Both the position numbers and the translations under genes were made by a program. Under the pieces are notes generated by a model that searched no databases, was not told the DNA's origin, and was given only the letters and a program-made list of their open reading frames with translations. A DNA stretch of 64,000 nucleotides from NCBI GenBank assembly GCA_018240565.1, contig JAFEFO010000040.1:37000-100999 (forward strand), given 5' to 3'. The stretch comes from Pseudomonadota bacterium. GTDB taxonomy: Bacteria > Pseudomonadota > Gammaproteobacteria > Xanthomonadales > Rhodanobacteraceae. The stretch's first letter is position 1. Every line of letters starts with the position of its first letter. This document shows, piece by piece, positions 36,414-45,600 of the stretch.

Positions 36414-38552
36414 ATGAACGCGGCCAAATCCGCCAGTCGCGGCTTGCGCGACTGGCTCGAACGTCATCTCGACGCCCATTGGAACGCACGCCTGGCCGGA
36501 CTCGCCGGCGATGCCGCGTTGCGCGCGAACGAGGCCGAGCTGCTCGCCACGCTGGATTTGCTCGCGCAATTGCGCGCGGATGCCGATACCTTCGTCGCCT
36601 GCATCCTGCACGCGGCGCGCCAGGCCGGACTCGACATCGACGCGATCTTTGCGCACGCGCCACGCCTGCGCGAACTGATCGAAGGCCAGCAGGCCGCGGA
36701 AAAGGTCTGGTCCCTGCATGCGGCGCGTCCCGCCACGGGCGGCTCCGAAGGATTGCGCCGCTTGCTGCTCGCGATCATCCGTGACCTGCGCGTGGTCTTC
36801 ATCCTGCTTGCGCGCCAACTCGCGCGCCTGCGCGCCGCCGATGCCTTGCCGCCAGATCGGCGCCGCGAACTGGCACAACTCACCTTCGACATCCACGCGC
36901 CGCTGGCGAATCGCCTCGGCATCTGGCAGTTGAAATGGGAGCTGGAAGACCTCGCGTTCCGGCACCTGCAGCCGGAAACCTACCAGCGCATCGCGCGCCT
37001 GCTCGACGACAGCCGCGCCGATCGCGATCGCTTCATCGTGCGTGCGAAGAAGGCGCTGCGCGTGGCGTTGGCCCGCGCCGGCATCCAGGCTGAAATCGCC
37101 GGCCGTTCCAAGCACATCTATTCGATCTGGAAAAAAATGCAGCGCAAGGGCGGGGATTTTGGCGCGCTGTACGACATCCATGCCTTGCGCGTGCTCGTCG
37201 ATGACGTCGCGGCGTGCTATGCCGCGCTTGGCGTGGTGCATACGCTGTGGCCGCCGGTGCCGAGCGAGTTCGACGACTACATCGCGCGACCCAAGGGCAA
37301 CAATTACCAATCCCTGCACACGGCCGTGATCGGCAGCGACGGCAAGACGCTGGAAGTGCAGATCCGTTCGCACGAGATGCACGCCCATGCCGAAGCCGGC
37401 GTCGCCGCGCACTGGCGCTACAAGGAGGGTCCTTCGACAGGCCCGGGGCGAACGGATGCCGACGCCGAATTCGAACGCAAGGTCGCGTGGATGCGCAGCC
37501 TGCTCGAAGCCAAGGACGATGGCGACGACGCTGCGCTGCTGGCGGGTTTCCGCACCGACATCCTGGAAGATCGCGTCTACCTGCTCACGCCGCAGGGGCA
37601 AGTCATGGACCTGCCCAGCGGTGCGACCGTGCTCGACTTCGCCTACCACGTGCACACCAATGTCGGCCATCGTTGCCGCGGCGCCAAGGTCAACGGCCGC
37701 ATCGTGCCGCTCGGATTCCAACCGGCGAGCGGCGATCGCGTGGAAATCATCACCGGCAAGACCATCGAGCCTCGCCGCGACTGGCTCTCGCTCCAGCACG
37801 GTTTTCTCACCACGCATCGCGCGCGCGAAAAAGTCCGCGCCTGGTTCAAGCATGCCGACCGCGACGCGAACCTCGCCGCCGGGCGCGCGATCCTGGATCG
37901 CGAACTCAAGCGCCTGGCATTGGCAAATGCGGATCTTTCCGGCTTGCCCGAGAAATTCCGCTGCAAGACGCTCGACGACTTCCTCGTTGCGCTGGCGCTT
38001 GGTGATCCGTCCGCGGGCCAGGTCGCGCGCGCCCTGCACGAATTGCATGCGCCACCGCCAGAACCGCCGCCGCTGCAGGCGCCGCGCGCGCCCAAGCGCA
38101 GCAAGGATGCGATCGTCATCGAAGGTGTCGGCAACCTGCTCACCACGCTTGCGCGCTGTTGCCAGCCGTTGCCGGGAGACGCCATCGTGGGCTACATCAC
38201 GCGTGGTCGCGGCGTGTCGATCCATCGCGCCGATTGCGCGAGCTTCGCGCGCCTGCGCGCGCGCGACGCCAGCCGTGCCATCGAAGTCGAGTGGGGCGGT
38301 GCGCGTGCGCAAGCCTACGAGGTCGACGTGCTGGTGCGCGGTTACGATCGCAAATGGCTGCACAAGGACGTCACCAACGTCATCGCCGCGGCGAACGTGC
38401 ATCTGATCGCCGTCAACACGCGCGTGGATGCCGCATCGGGCCTGGCGACGATGAACTTCGCCGTGCGCGTGGCCGATTTCGAGCAGCTCTCGACCCTGCT
38501 CGGGCAACTGGCGGCGGTGCCGAACGTGGTCGAGGCCAGACGGCTTGCATAA
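36414..38552 (+). CDS. relA: GTP pyrophosphokinase RelA ((p)ppGpp synthetase I)
   Basis: Synthetase motifs KHIYSIWKKMQRK and NNYQSLHTAV. TGS and ACT-like C-terminal regions are present. I saw no intact HD hydrolase motif at the N-terminus. 712 aa. Confidence 0.85.
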   Translation: MNAAKSASRGLRDWLERHLDAHWNARLAGLAGDAALRANEAELLATLDLLAQLRADADTFVACILHAARQAGLDIDAIFAHAPRLRELIEGQQAAEKVWSLHAARPATGGSEGLRRLLLAIIRDLRVVFILLARQLARLRAADALPPDRRRELAQLTFDIHAPLANRLGIWQLKWELEDLAFRHLQPETYQRIARLLDDSRADRDRFIVRAKKALRVALARAGIQAEIAGRSKHIYSIWKKMQRKGGDFGALYDIHALRVLVDDVAACYAALGVVHTLWPPVPSEFDDYIARPKGNNYQSLHTAVIGSDGKTLEVQIRSHEMHAHAEAGVAAHWRYKEGPSTGPGRTDADAEFERKVAWMRSLLEAKDDGDDAALLAGFRTDILEDRVYLLTPQGQVMDLPSGATVLDFAYHVHTNVGHRCRGAKVNGRIVPLGFQPASGDRVEIITGKTIEPRRDWLSLQHGFLTTHRAREKVRAWFKHADRDANLAAGRAILDRELKRLALANADLSGLPEKFRCKTLDDFLVALALGDPSAGQVARALHELHAPPPEPPPLQAPRAPKRSKDAIVIEGVGNLLTTLARCCQPLPGDAIVGYITRGRGVSIHRADCASFARLRARDASRAIEVEWGGARAQAYEVDVLVRGYDRKWLHKDVTNVIAAANVHLIAVNTRVDAASGLATMNFAVRVADFEQLSTLLGQLAAVPNVVEARRLA

Positions 38553-38557
38553 TCTCG

Positions 38558-38584
38558 GCAAACCGCATCCGCAAGCCGGTTTGC
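38558..38584 (+). terminator. Hairpin between relA and the kinase gene
   Basis: GCAAACCG, 11-nt loop, CGGTTTGC. There is no U-tract. TATGCT lies 16 nt downstream and could be a -10 element for the kinase gene. Confidence 0.3.
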
Positions 38585-38618
38585 GACCTGCCCATGCTAT
38601 GCTGCGCGCCGGATTTCC

Positions 38619-41129
38619 GTGCAGCGAAACGGCCTTGTGATCGAGATTCCCGGCTACCAGATCCTGCGTCAGCTCGGCCGTGGCGGCATGGCCACGGTGT
38701 ATCTGGGCATGCAGGAATCGGTGCAGCGCGAAGTCGCACTCAAGGTGATGTCGCCGAGCCTGCTGGCCGATCCGGATTTCGGCGAGCGCTTCCTGCGCGA
38801 GGCGCGCATTGCGGCGAAACTGCATCATCGCAACGTGGTTGGCGTGCACGACGTCGGCCGCGCCGGCGACTACCACTACATCGCCATGGAATACCTCGGT
38901 GGCGGTCCGGTGCTGGCCAAGGACGGTACGCCGCGTTCGGTCGGTTTTGCCCTGCGCGTCACGCGCGAGATCGCCACCGCGCTCAACTACGCGCACGCCA
39001 AGGGCTTCGTGCATCGCGACGTCAAGCCCGACAACATCCTGCTGCGCGACGACGGCAGCGCGGCGCTGACCGATTTCGGCATCGCCCGCGCCAGCGATTC
39101 GGCCACGCACATGACGCGCACCGGCACGGTGATCGGCACGCCGCACTACATGAGTCCCGAGCAGGCGCGCGGACGCCCGCTCGACGGTCGCGCCGACCTG
39201 TACAGCCTCGGCATCGTGCTCTACGAGCTGCTGACCGGGCGCGTGCCGTTCCACGCCGACGATTCGCTGGCGGTGGGCATCATGCACATCACCCAGCCGA
39301 TTCCGGTCCTGCCCGAACGCCTGTCCGCGCTGCAGTCGTTGCTCAATCGTCTGCTCGCCAAGCAGCCGGATGAGCGCTTCCAGGACGGCGCGGCGGTGGC
39401 CGACGCGATCGAACAGATCGAACTGGGCATCGCCACCGGCGAGTATCCGGAACTGGCCGATTCCAGGACGCCGCTGCCACGGCGCCCGGTCGTGGCGAGC
39501 GATGCAACGGTGGCGATTTCCGCAACGCCGACGCCCGGCGGCGCGCGGCATCGCGCCGAGCCGAGCCTGGGTCGCCTCGACGACATTGCCAACGCGCCGA
39601 TGCATCGTCCGCCGGCACACCGCAACGCTGCGCCGCGAAGCGCAAGCCGGCGCTGGATTGTCGTGGCGGTCGCCGTCGTCGTCATCGCCGCGCTGGCGCT
39701 GTGGTTTTTCCAGAACCGCCTGCGCGGGCTGTTGCCGAGCACTGAACTCAACACCCTGATCGCACGCGGCGACAAGGCGCTGGCCGAAGGCAACCTCACC
39801 GGCAATCGAAACGACAGTGCGCGCGAGCTGTTCCAGGCCGCGCGCACGCTGGATCCGGACAACGATGCGGCGCGCGCGGGCCTGAACAAGGTTGGCGAAC
39901 GCCTGATCGAGCAATCGCGTGCCGCGCTCACACGCAATGACTTCACCACCGCGCAGGCGGACCTGGACCAGGCCAATGAAGTGCTCGGCGGCGGCAAGGA
40001 GATCGAAGACCTCAAGGCCGCGCTGCATGCCGCGCAAACCCGCAACACCGCCAGCGCGGCCTTGCTGGAAAAGGCCGACGCGGCGCTCGCCGCAGGCAAA
40101 CTGGTTGGCAGCGGTGGTGCCGCTGAAACCTACCAGCGCGTGCTCGATGCCGACGCCACGAATGCACTCGCGCTCAATGGCTTGAAGAAAGTCGCCGAAG
40201 CCGTGGCGCAGCAGGCGCGCGATGCGATTGCGGCGAACAACGTCGACCAGGCCAACCAGCTCATCGCCGAACTCGCGCAACTGTCGCCCAACCATCCGGC
40301 AATCCCCGAGCTGCGCGGCGCGATCGCCAAGCTGCACGCCGGAGCGCAGCAGGTACTGGAAGACACGCTGTCGCGCGCCGAGGCACAGCAGCGCGCCGGA
40401 CGCATCGGCGGCGCGGAGGGGGCGCTCGCGTTGTTCCAAATGGCGCTGAAGAGTGATCCGGCGAATGCGCGTGCGAAGAACGGCATGGCCAGGCTTGCGC
40501 AGACCTTGATCGCCCAGGCCAATGCCGCGATCGAAGACGACAATGCGGTGCAGGCCACCGCGTTGCTGCAACAGGCGGCGCTGGCGGCGCCCGACAGTCC
40601 CGCGTTGCGCAAGGCCAATGCGCGGCTGGTCGATGTGCGCGAGCGACTGGATGCGGCCAAGCGCAAGGCGCAGATCACGCCTGCGGACCAGGCGCGCATC
40701 ACGCAGATGTTGGCCCAGGCCGACCAGGCGATGGCCTCGGGCAATCTCATCTTGCCGCCTGGCGATTGCGCGTTCGACAAATACCGCGCGGTGCTCGCCA
40801 TCGATTCCGACAATGCGGCGGCGATGGCGGGGCTGGCGAAGATCCCCGCGCGTGCGCGCGAACTGTTCGAGCAGGCGATCCGCAATGGCACGCCGAACAA
40901 GGCGCGTGCCTACATCGACGCGATCGCCGAATCCGATCCCGCGGATGCGACCGTGCCGGCGATGCGCAACCGCCTGGCCGATGTCTTTCTCGACCAGACG
41001 CAAAGTTTCATCGCGCAGAAGCGCCGCGCCGACGCCGGCCGCGCGCTCGACGCCGCGCGCGAACTGAATCCGAACAACCCGCGCCTGGCGGCGCTGCGGG
41101 CGCAGTTCGAATCGATGCCGGCGAATTAG
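38619..41129 (+). CDS. Hanks-type Ser/Thr protein kinase with one TM segment and a roughly 480-aa Ala-rich TPR-like periplasmic domain
   Basis: Contains GRGGMATVY, VALK, HRDVKPDNILL, DFGIA and GTPHYMSPEQ. The TM segment is WIVVAVAVVVIAALALWFF. The C-terminus shows repeated A..L...A..LDP.N..A..GL units. GTG start. Confidence 0.85.
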   Translation: MQRNGLVIEIPGYQILRQLGRGGMATVYLGMQESVQREVALKVMSPSLLADPDFGERFLREARIAAKLHHRNVVGVHDVGRAGDYHYIAMEYLGGGPVLAKDGTPRSVGFALRVTREIATALNYAHAKGFVHRDVKPDNILLRDDGSAALTDFGIARASDSATHMTRTGTVIGTPHYMSPEQARGRPLDGRADLYSLGIVLYELLTGRVPFHADDSLAVGIMHITQPIPVLPERLSALQSLLNRLLAKQPDERFQDGAAVADAIEQIELGIATGEYPELADSRTPLPRRPVVASDATVAISATPTPGGARHRAEPSLGRLDDIANAPMHRPPAHRNAAPRSASRRWIVVAVAVVVIAALALWFFQNRLRGLLPSTELNTLIARGDKALAEGNLTGNRNDSARELFQAARTLDPDNDAARAGLNKVGERLIEQSRAALTRNDFTTAQADLDQANEVLGGGKEIEDLKAALHAAQTRNTASAALLEKADAALAAGKLVGSGGAAETYQRVLDADATNALALNGLKKVAEAVAQQARDAIAANNVDQANQLIAELAQLSPNHPAIPELRGAIAKLHAGAQQVLEDTLSRAEAQQRAGRIGGAEGALALFQMALKSDPANARAKNGMARLAQTLIAQANAAIEDDNAVQATALLQQAALAAPDSPALRKANARLVDVRERLDAAKRKAQITPADQARITQMLAQADQAMASGNLILPPGDCAFDKYRAVLAIDSDNAAAMAGLAKIPARARELFEQAIRNGTPNKARAYIDAIAESDPADATVPAMRNRLADVFLDQTQSFIAQKRRADAGRALDAARELNPNNPRLAALRAQFESMPAN

Positions 41130-41171
41130 GGAAATTCTGAAGAATCGTCGCAAGCTGTCGAGCGCGGCAGA

Positions 41172-42659
41172 TTATTCGGAGGTTCCGGTTTCGAACAGCG
41201 CCATGAACCCGTAGTCCATGTGCTGCTGCATGTGGCAATGGAACAGGGTGAGTCCCGGTTGATCGGCGGTGAAATCCACTTCGGTGGTCTGATACGGCGG
41301 CACCAGCACGACGTCCTTCATCACGCCCGCGGTCGGTTGGCCGTGCACGCTGGCGATCTCGAACGTGTGCCGGTGCAAATGCAGCGGATGGATATCACCG
41401 CTGGCATTGCGGAAACGCAGGCGGTAGCGGTTGCCAAATTTCAATTTGCGCATGACCGGCATGGTCGCGTCGTCGAACGGCACGCCGTTGATCGCGTAGA
41501 CGTCGAACCCTTCGCGCGCACTCTGCCGCGCGGTGATCAGCATGTCGATGGTTTCATCGGGTTTGGTGAGTTTGCGTTTCTGATCCGCGAACAGGCGGTA
41601 GTCCCACTTGAACGCGGGCGGCGCCTGCCATTGCGGCTTGCCGGTAGCGCCCGCGTATTCGACCACGATGCCCATGCCGCCCTGGCGATCCGAATCGGCG
41701 GTGTCGCCGAGCACCCACACGCCTGGGCGATTCATCTGCACGATCGCGGACACGCGCTCGGCGGTTCCCAGCCACAACACCGGCACCTGCGCCGGCGTCG
41801 GTACCGGATTGCCGTCCAGCGCGATTACCTTGAACGTGTGGCCGGGCAGGGCAAGACTGCGGTTCTCGGTGGCGCTGGCGTTGACCACGTGCAGCAGCAC
41901 GCGCTCGCCTTGCTTGACGCGGATCGGCGCGCCGTGACCGAGCATCCGGCCATTGATCGCGAACGACTCGTACGCGAGTTCGTAACCCGGCGGCACCTTG
42001 CCGGCATTCGGATCGGACGTGGCCGCGATTTCCACCAGCGCCATTTCCATGCCGTCGGGCAGAATGAACGGCGTGTCGTCGTCCATGCGATTCAAGTAAG
42101 GCTGGAACTCCTTGAGGGTCAGGAACACCTCACGGTCGTAGTCGCCCGCATCGTGTTTCGGTTCGATGTACACGGGGCCGGCCAAACCCGAATAGAGCCC
42201 ACGTGCGAGATCGGCACCGGCGCGCACATGGGCGTGATAGAAACGCAAACCCGCGGGCGTCGGCACAAAGATTTCGCGCTTGCGACCGTGCGCGGCAATC
42301 GGTGGCGTGCGTTCCTCGTCGGCGCCGTCCACGCCATCGGGCAGATGTTGTCCGTGCCAGTGCACCTGTTCGTCGTGATCGGTGTCGTTGACGATGTCGA
42401 TGACGGCGCGTTGCCCCTGCTTGAAGCGCAGCAAGGGTCCCGGGAAATCGCCGTTGTAGAGCGTCGTCGAGACGAAACGGTCGGGCGCGAGCTCCAGCAC
42501 GCCGGTGGCGATGCGCAGGGTGTGGTCGGCCTTGAGCGCTGGATCGATGGCATCGGCGGCGGCCTGCGGCTTGGGCATGTCCATGGCCTTCGCCTCCGCA
42601 GCCGCGCCTGCGGCCAGCGTCGCCAGACCGGCGGTTTTCAGGAATTTGCGGCGCTCCAT
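41172..42659 (-). CDS. Tat-exported multicopper oxidase
   Basis: Twin-arginine signal MERRKFLKTAGLATLAAGAAAEA. The four copper-site motifs are HWHGQH, YHAHV, HPLHLHRH and HCHMQQHMDYGFM. ATG 42659 lies 14 nt after the upstream gene's stop. Confidence 0.85.
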   Translation of the reverse strand: MERRKFLKTAGLATLAAGAAAEAKAMDMPKPQAAADAIDPALKADHTLRIATGVLELAPDRFVSTTLYNGDFPGPLLRFKQGQRAVIDIVNDTDHDEQVHWHGQHLPDGVDGADEERTPPIAAHGRKREIFVPTPAGLRFYHAHVRAGADLARGLYSGLAGPVYIEPKHDAGDYDREVFLTLKEFQPYLNRMDDDTPFILPDGMEMALVEIAATSDPNAGKVPPGYELAYESFAINGRMLGHGAPIRVKQGERVLLHVVNASATENRSLALPGHTFKVIALDGNPVPTPAQVPVLWLGTAERVSAIVQMNRPGVWVLGDTADSDRQGGMGIVVEYAGATGKPQWQAPPAFKWDYRLFADQKRKLTKPDETIDMLITARQSAREGFDVYAINGVPFDDATMPVMRKLKFGNRYRLRFRNASGDIHPLHLHRHTFEIASVHGQPTAGVMKDVVLVPPYQTTEVDFTADQPGLTLFHCHMQQHMDYGFMALFETGTSE

Positions 42660-42673
42660 GGCAATGCTCCCGT

Positions 42674-45600
42674 TCAATCCAGGATTCGGCGCAACGCCTC
42701 TCGCGCGGCATCGAAGGAAAAATGTTGGCGCACGTTGGCCAGGCCATTGTCGGACAACCTGGTCCACAATGCGGGATCGCCGTAGCCGCGCACGATGGCC
42801 GCGGCAAAATCCGCGGGCGTATCGGCGACGAGCAGGTCCTCGCCGTCGCGCGCGTGCATGCCTTCGGCCGCGGGCGTCGTCGCCACCACCGGCAGGCCGC
42901 AACTCATCGCCATGTTGATCTTGCCCTTGACGCCGGCGCCGTAGCGCAATGGCGCCAGCGCAAGACGGCAGCCGTCCATGAATGGGGCTATGTCTTGTAC
43001 GAAACCGTGCACAATCACACCATCGTGAGCGAGTTCAAGTATGTCCTTCGGTGCCTTGCTGCCGATCACGTGGAAGACGACGTCCGGCAATGCCGCGCGC
43101 ACGCGCGGGAAGGCGTCGTGTACGAACCACAGCACCGCGTCCACGTTCGGCGGATGCTGGAAACCGCCAACGAAGACGAGGTCACGGCGTTCGTCGAATT
43201 CCCGTCGCCGGCCATGTATCTCGTGCACGTTCGACAACACCTCGATGCGCACACCGGGCAACTCGCGCGCCAGCAGCTCCTGTTCGGTTGCACTGACGAC
43301 GAGGGTGACGTCGCACTCGCGCATCAATTTCAGCTCTTGCGTGCGCGTGCGCGCAGCCTGTGCCGCCAGTTCCGCGCTGCCGTTCAACTGTGCGGCGCGC
43401 GCCTCGCGCAAATGATGCACGTCGACGGTGTCGAAGATCAGCCGCGCCTGCGGCGCATACAGGCGCACCAGTCCGACGTAGTTGGCGGCGACATAGTGCC
43501 GCGACAGAACAACGGCATTCAAGGTCTTGCCGTGCTCGCGCAGCCACGCCACCGGATCCGACACGAACGGGTGATACAGCGCCTGCACGCCGAGCGCCTG
43601 CAAGGCCTGCGTGTAAGTTCCGGCATGCGCGCGGTTGTCGGGCAAAAAACTCACGGCGTAGCCGGCCTCGCGCAGCAGGCGCATCAGGTTGAGCATGCGC
43701 AGCGAGCCCGAATCCTGGTCCGGCGTCGGTGTGTAGGCATCCACGATCAGCACGTGGCCGCGTGCGCGGAAATTCGCTGCGGCTTCGGCTGCGTCCGCGT
43801 TGTCGATGGGCGCCGGCTGGCGCGCGAGTTCGTCCTTCCACTTCTGCAGGAACTTGTCGCGGTTGATCGCCTGGAAGCGCTTCATGCCGCTGCCGGTGTC
43901 GGTGCCGGCGGTGATGCCTTCGAAGTGCACCACGATCGCGCGCGGTTCGTAAAACACTTTTTTCCCTGACGCGCGCACGGCAAAGGCGAGATCGGTATCC
44001 TCGTAGTAGGCTGGTGCGTAACGCGAATCGAAGCCACCGAGTTCGCGGAACAGATCGCGAGGGATCATGATGGCCGCGCCCGAACAGTAGTCGGCTTCGC
44101 GGCGGAATTCGAAGCGCGGATCGGCGGGATTCTCGAAGCGACCGTAGTTCCAGCCCGAGCCATCGGCGAAGACGATGCCGCCGGCTTCCTGCAGTCGGCC
44201 ATCCGGATACACGAGCTTGGCGCCTGCGAGTCCGCAATCGGGTTCTTCGTCGAAGCAGCGCAGCAGCGCGTCGAGCCAGCCGTCGTCGACCACGGTATCG
44301 TTGTTGAGGAACACCAGGTACTCGCCGCGTGCTTCGGCGGCGCCGGCATTGCAGGAGCCGACGAAGCCCAGGTTCTGCGCATTGCGCAGGACGCGGATGC
44401 CGTCGATCTGCGCCAGACGTTCGCTGGTTGCGTCGGTCGATGCATCATCGACCACGATCGTTTCGAACGTCGACGTGCCGGGATGCGCGGCGAGCGAGCG
44501 CAGGCAGGCGACGGTGTAGTCGATCTTGTTGTGCACCGGGATCACGATCGACACGCGCGGCGTCGCACTCGACGGCACGGCAAATGGGCTGAACGCACTG
44601 GTCGGAGCGGCAATGGTGCGCGCGTTTGGTGGCGTCCCGGTGCGGCGCAATTCATCGGCGGCGCGGCGGATCGTTCCTGCCACGCCACGGCTGGCGAGGC
44701 TGCCACGCGTGCGGTGCACGATGGCGCGCAGGCGGCCGAAGGCGTAGCTCAGGCGCGTGCGAAGTGCGCGCAACGTGCGGCGTACATAGCGCAAGGGTTT
44801 GGTGATGCGCCAGGAAAGGCTGCGCAGGATACGTTCGCGTTCATCGCGCAATTCGTCGCGTTGGCTGCGCAAGGCTTCGCGTTCTTGATTGGCTATCTGC
44901 AGATCGCGGTCGAGGGCAAGCGCCCATGCGCTGCGCTCGTCAAACTCGCCCTGCAGTTTGCGCATTGCGGCGCCGCTGCGCTTGAGTTGTGCGTCGAGTC
45001 CGAAAGCCCATTCCGCGCGATGTTCGAGTTCGCGCTGCTGGTCCGTGATCTTCTTTTCGAGTGCGTCGATCTCACGCTGTGCTTCGCCGATCAGGCCCGC
45101 ACGCTGTTGCGCAGCGATACCGTCCAGACCGGTCTCGGCGAGCGGTGTCGTGGCGCGCGAACGCGGCGCGAGCGGCAGCAGCTTGCAGTAGTCCGCGGCC
45201 ATGTCCGCAAGGGTGCGTAGTGGGTGACGTGCCAGCGCATCGCGCACGCGGGCGAGTCGAGCTGGCTCGGCACGCAGCGATGCAATGGCCGCTGCAATGG
45301 CCGCGGGATCGGGCGCGACCAGAAAACCATCGACGCCGTCGGTGATGCGTTCGGAGAGCGCACCAAGACGCGTGGCGAGTACCGGAATGCCCAAGCTGCG
45401 CAGCTCCGACAAGGTGTAGCTGAACGTTTCGGCGAAATCCGGCAGGATCAATGCGGCATCCGGCGCGACGCGCGCGAGCAATGCCGGCAGTTCCGCCGCC
45501 CTGTAGTTGAGCAGGATGTGGACGTCGGCCTGGCCGAAGAATTCGCGCGCCTCGGGTCCTGCGCCGATCAGGAACAGTTCGACGCCATGCAGATGCGGGA

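Noticed and set aside
36357..41153. A 1598-aa ORF on the minus strand spanning the whole of relA, the gap and the kinase gene
   Set aside because: It is exactly antisense to two genes with strong catalytic motifs. Its translation is Arg/Ala/Gly/His-rich low-complexity sequence with no recognisable domain. Long stop-free antisense frames are expected in G+C-rich DNA with GC3-biased codons.
41172..42659. Annotating the multicopper oxidase as copA/pcoA of a cop operon
   Set aside because: No copB/C/D or copRS genes are adjacent. The protein lacks the Met-rich insert typical of CopA/PcoA. Only the generic MCO call is supported.
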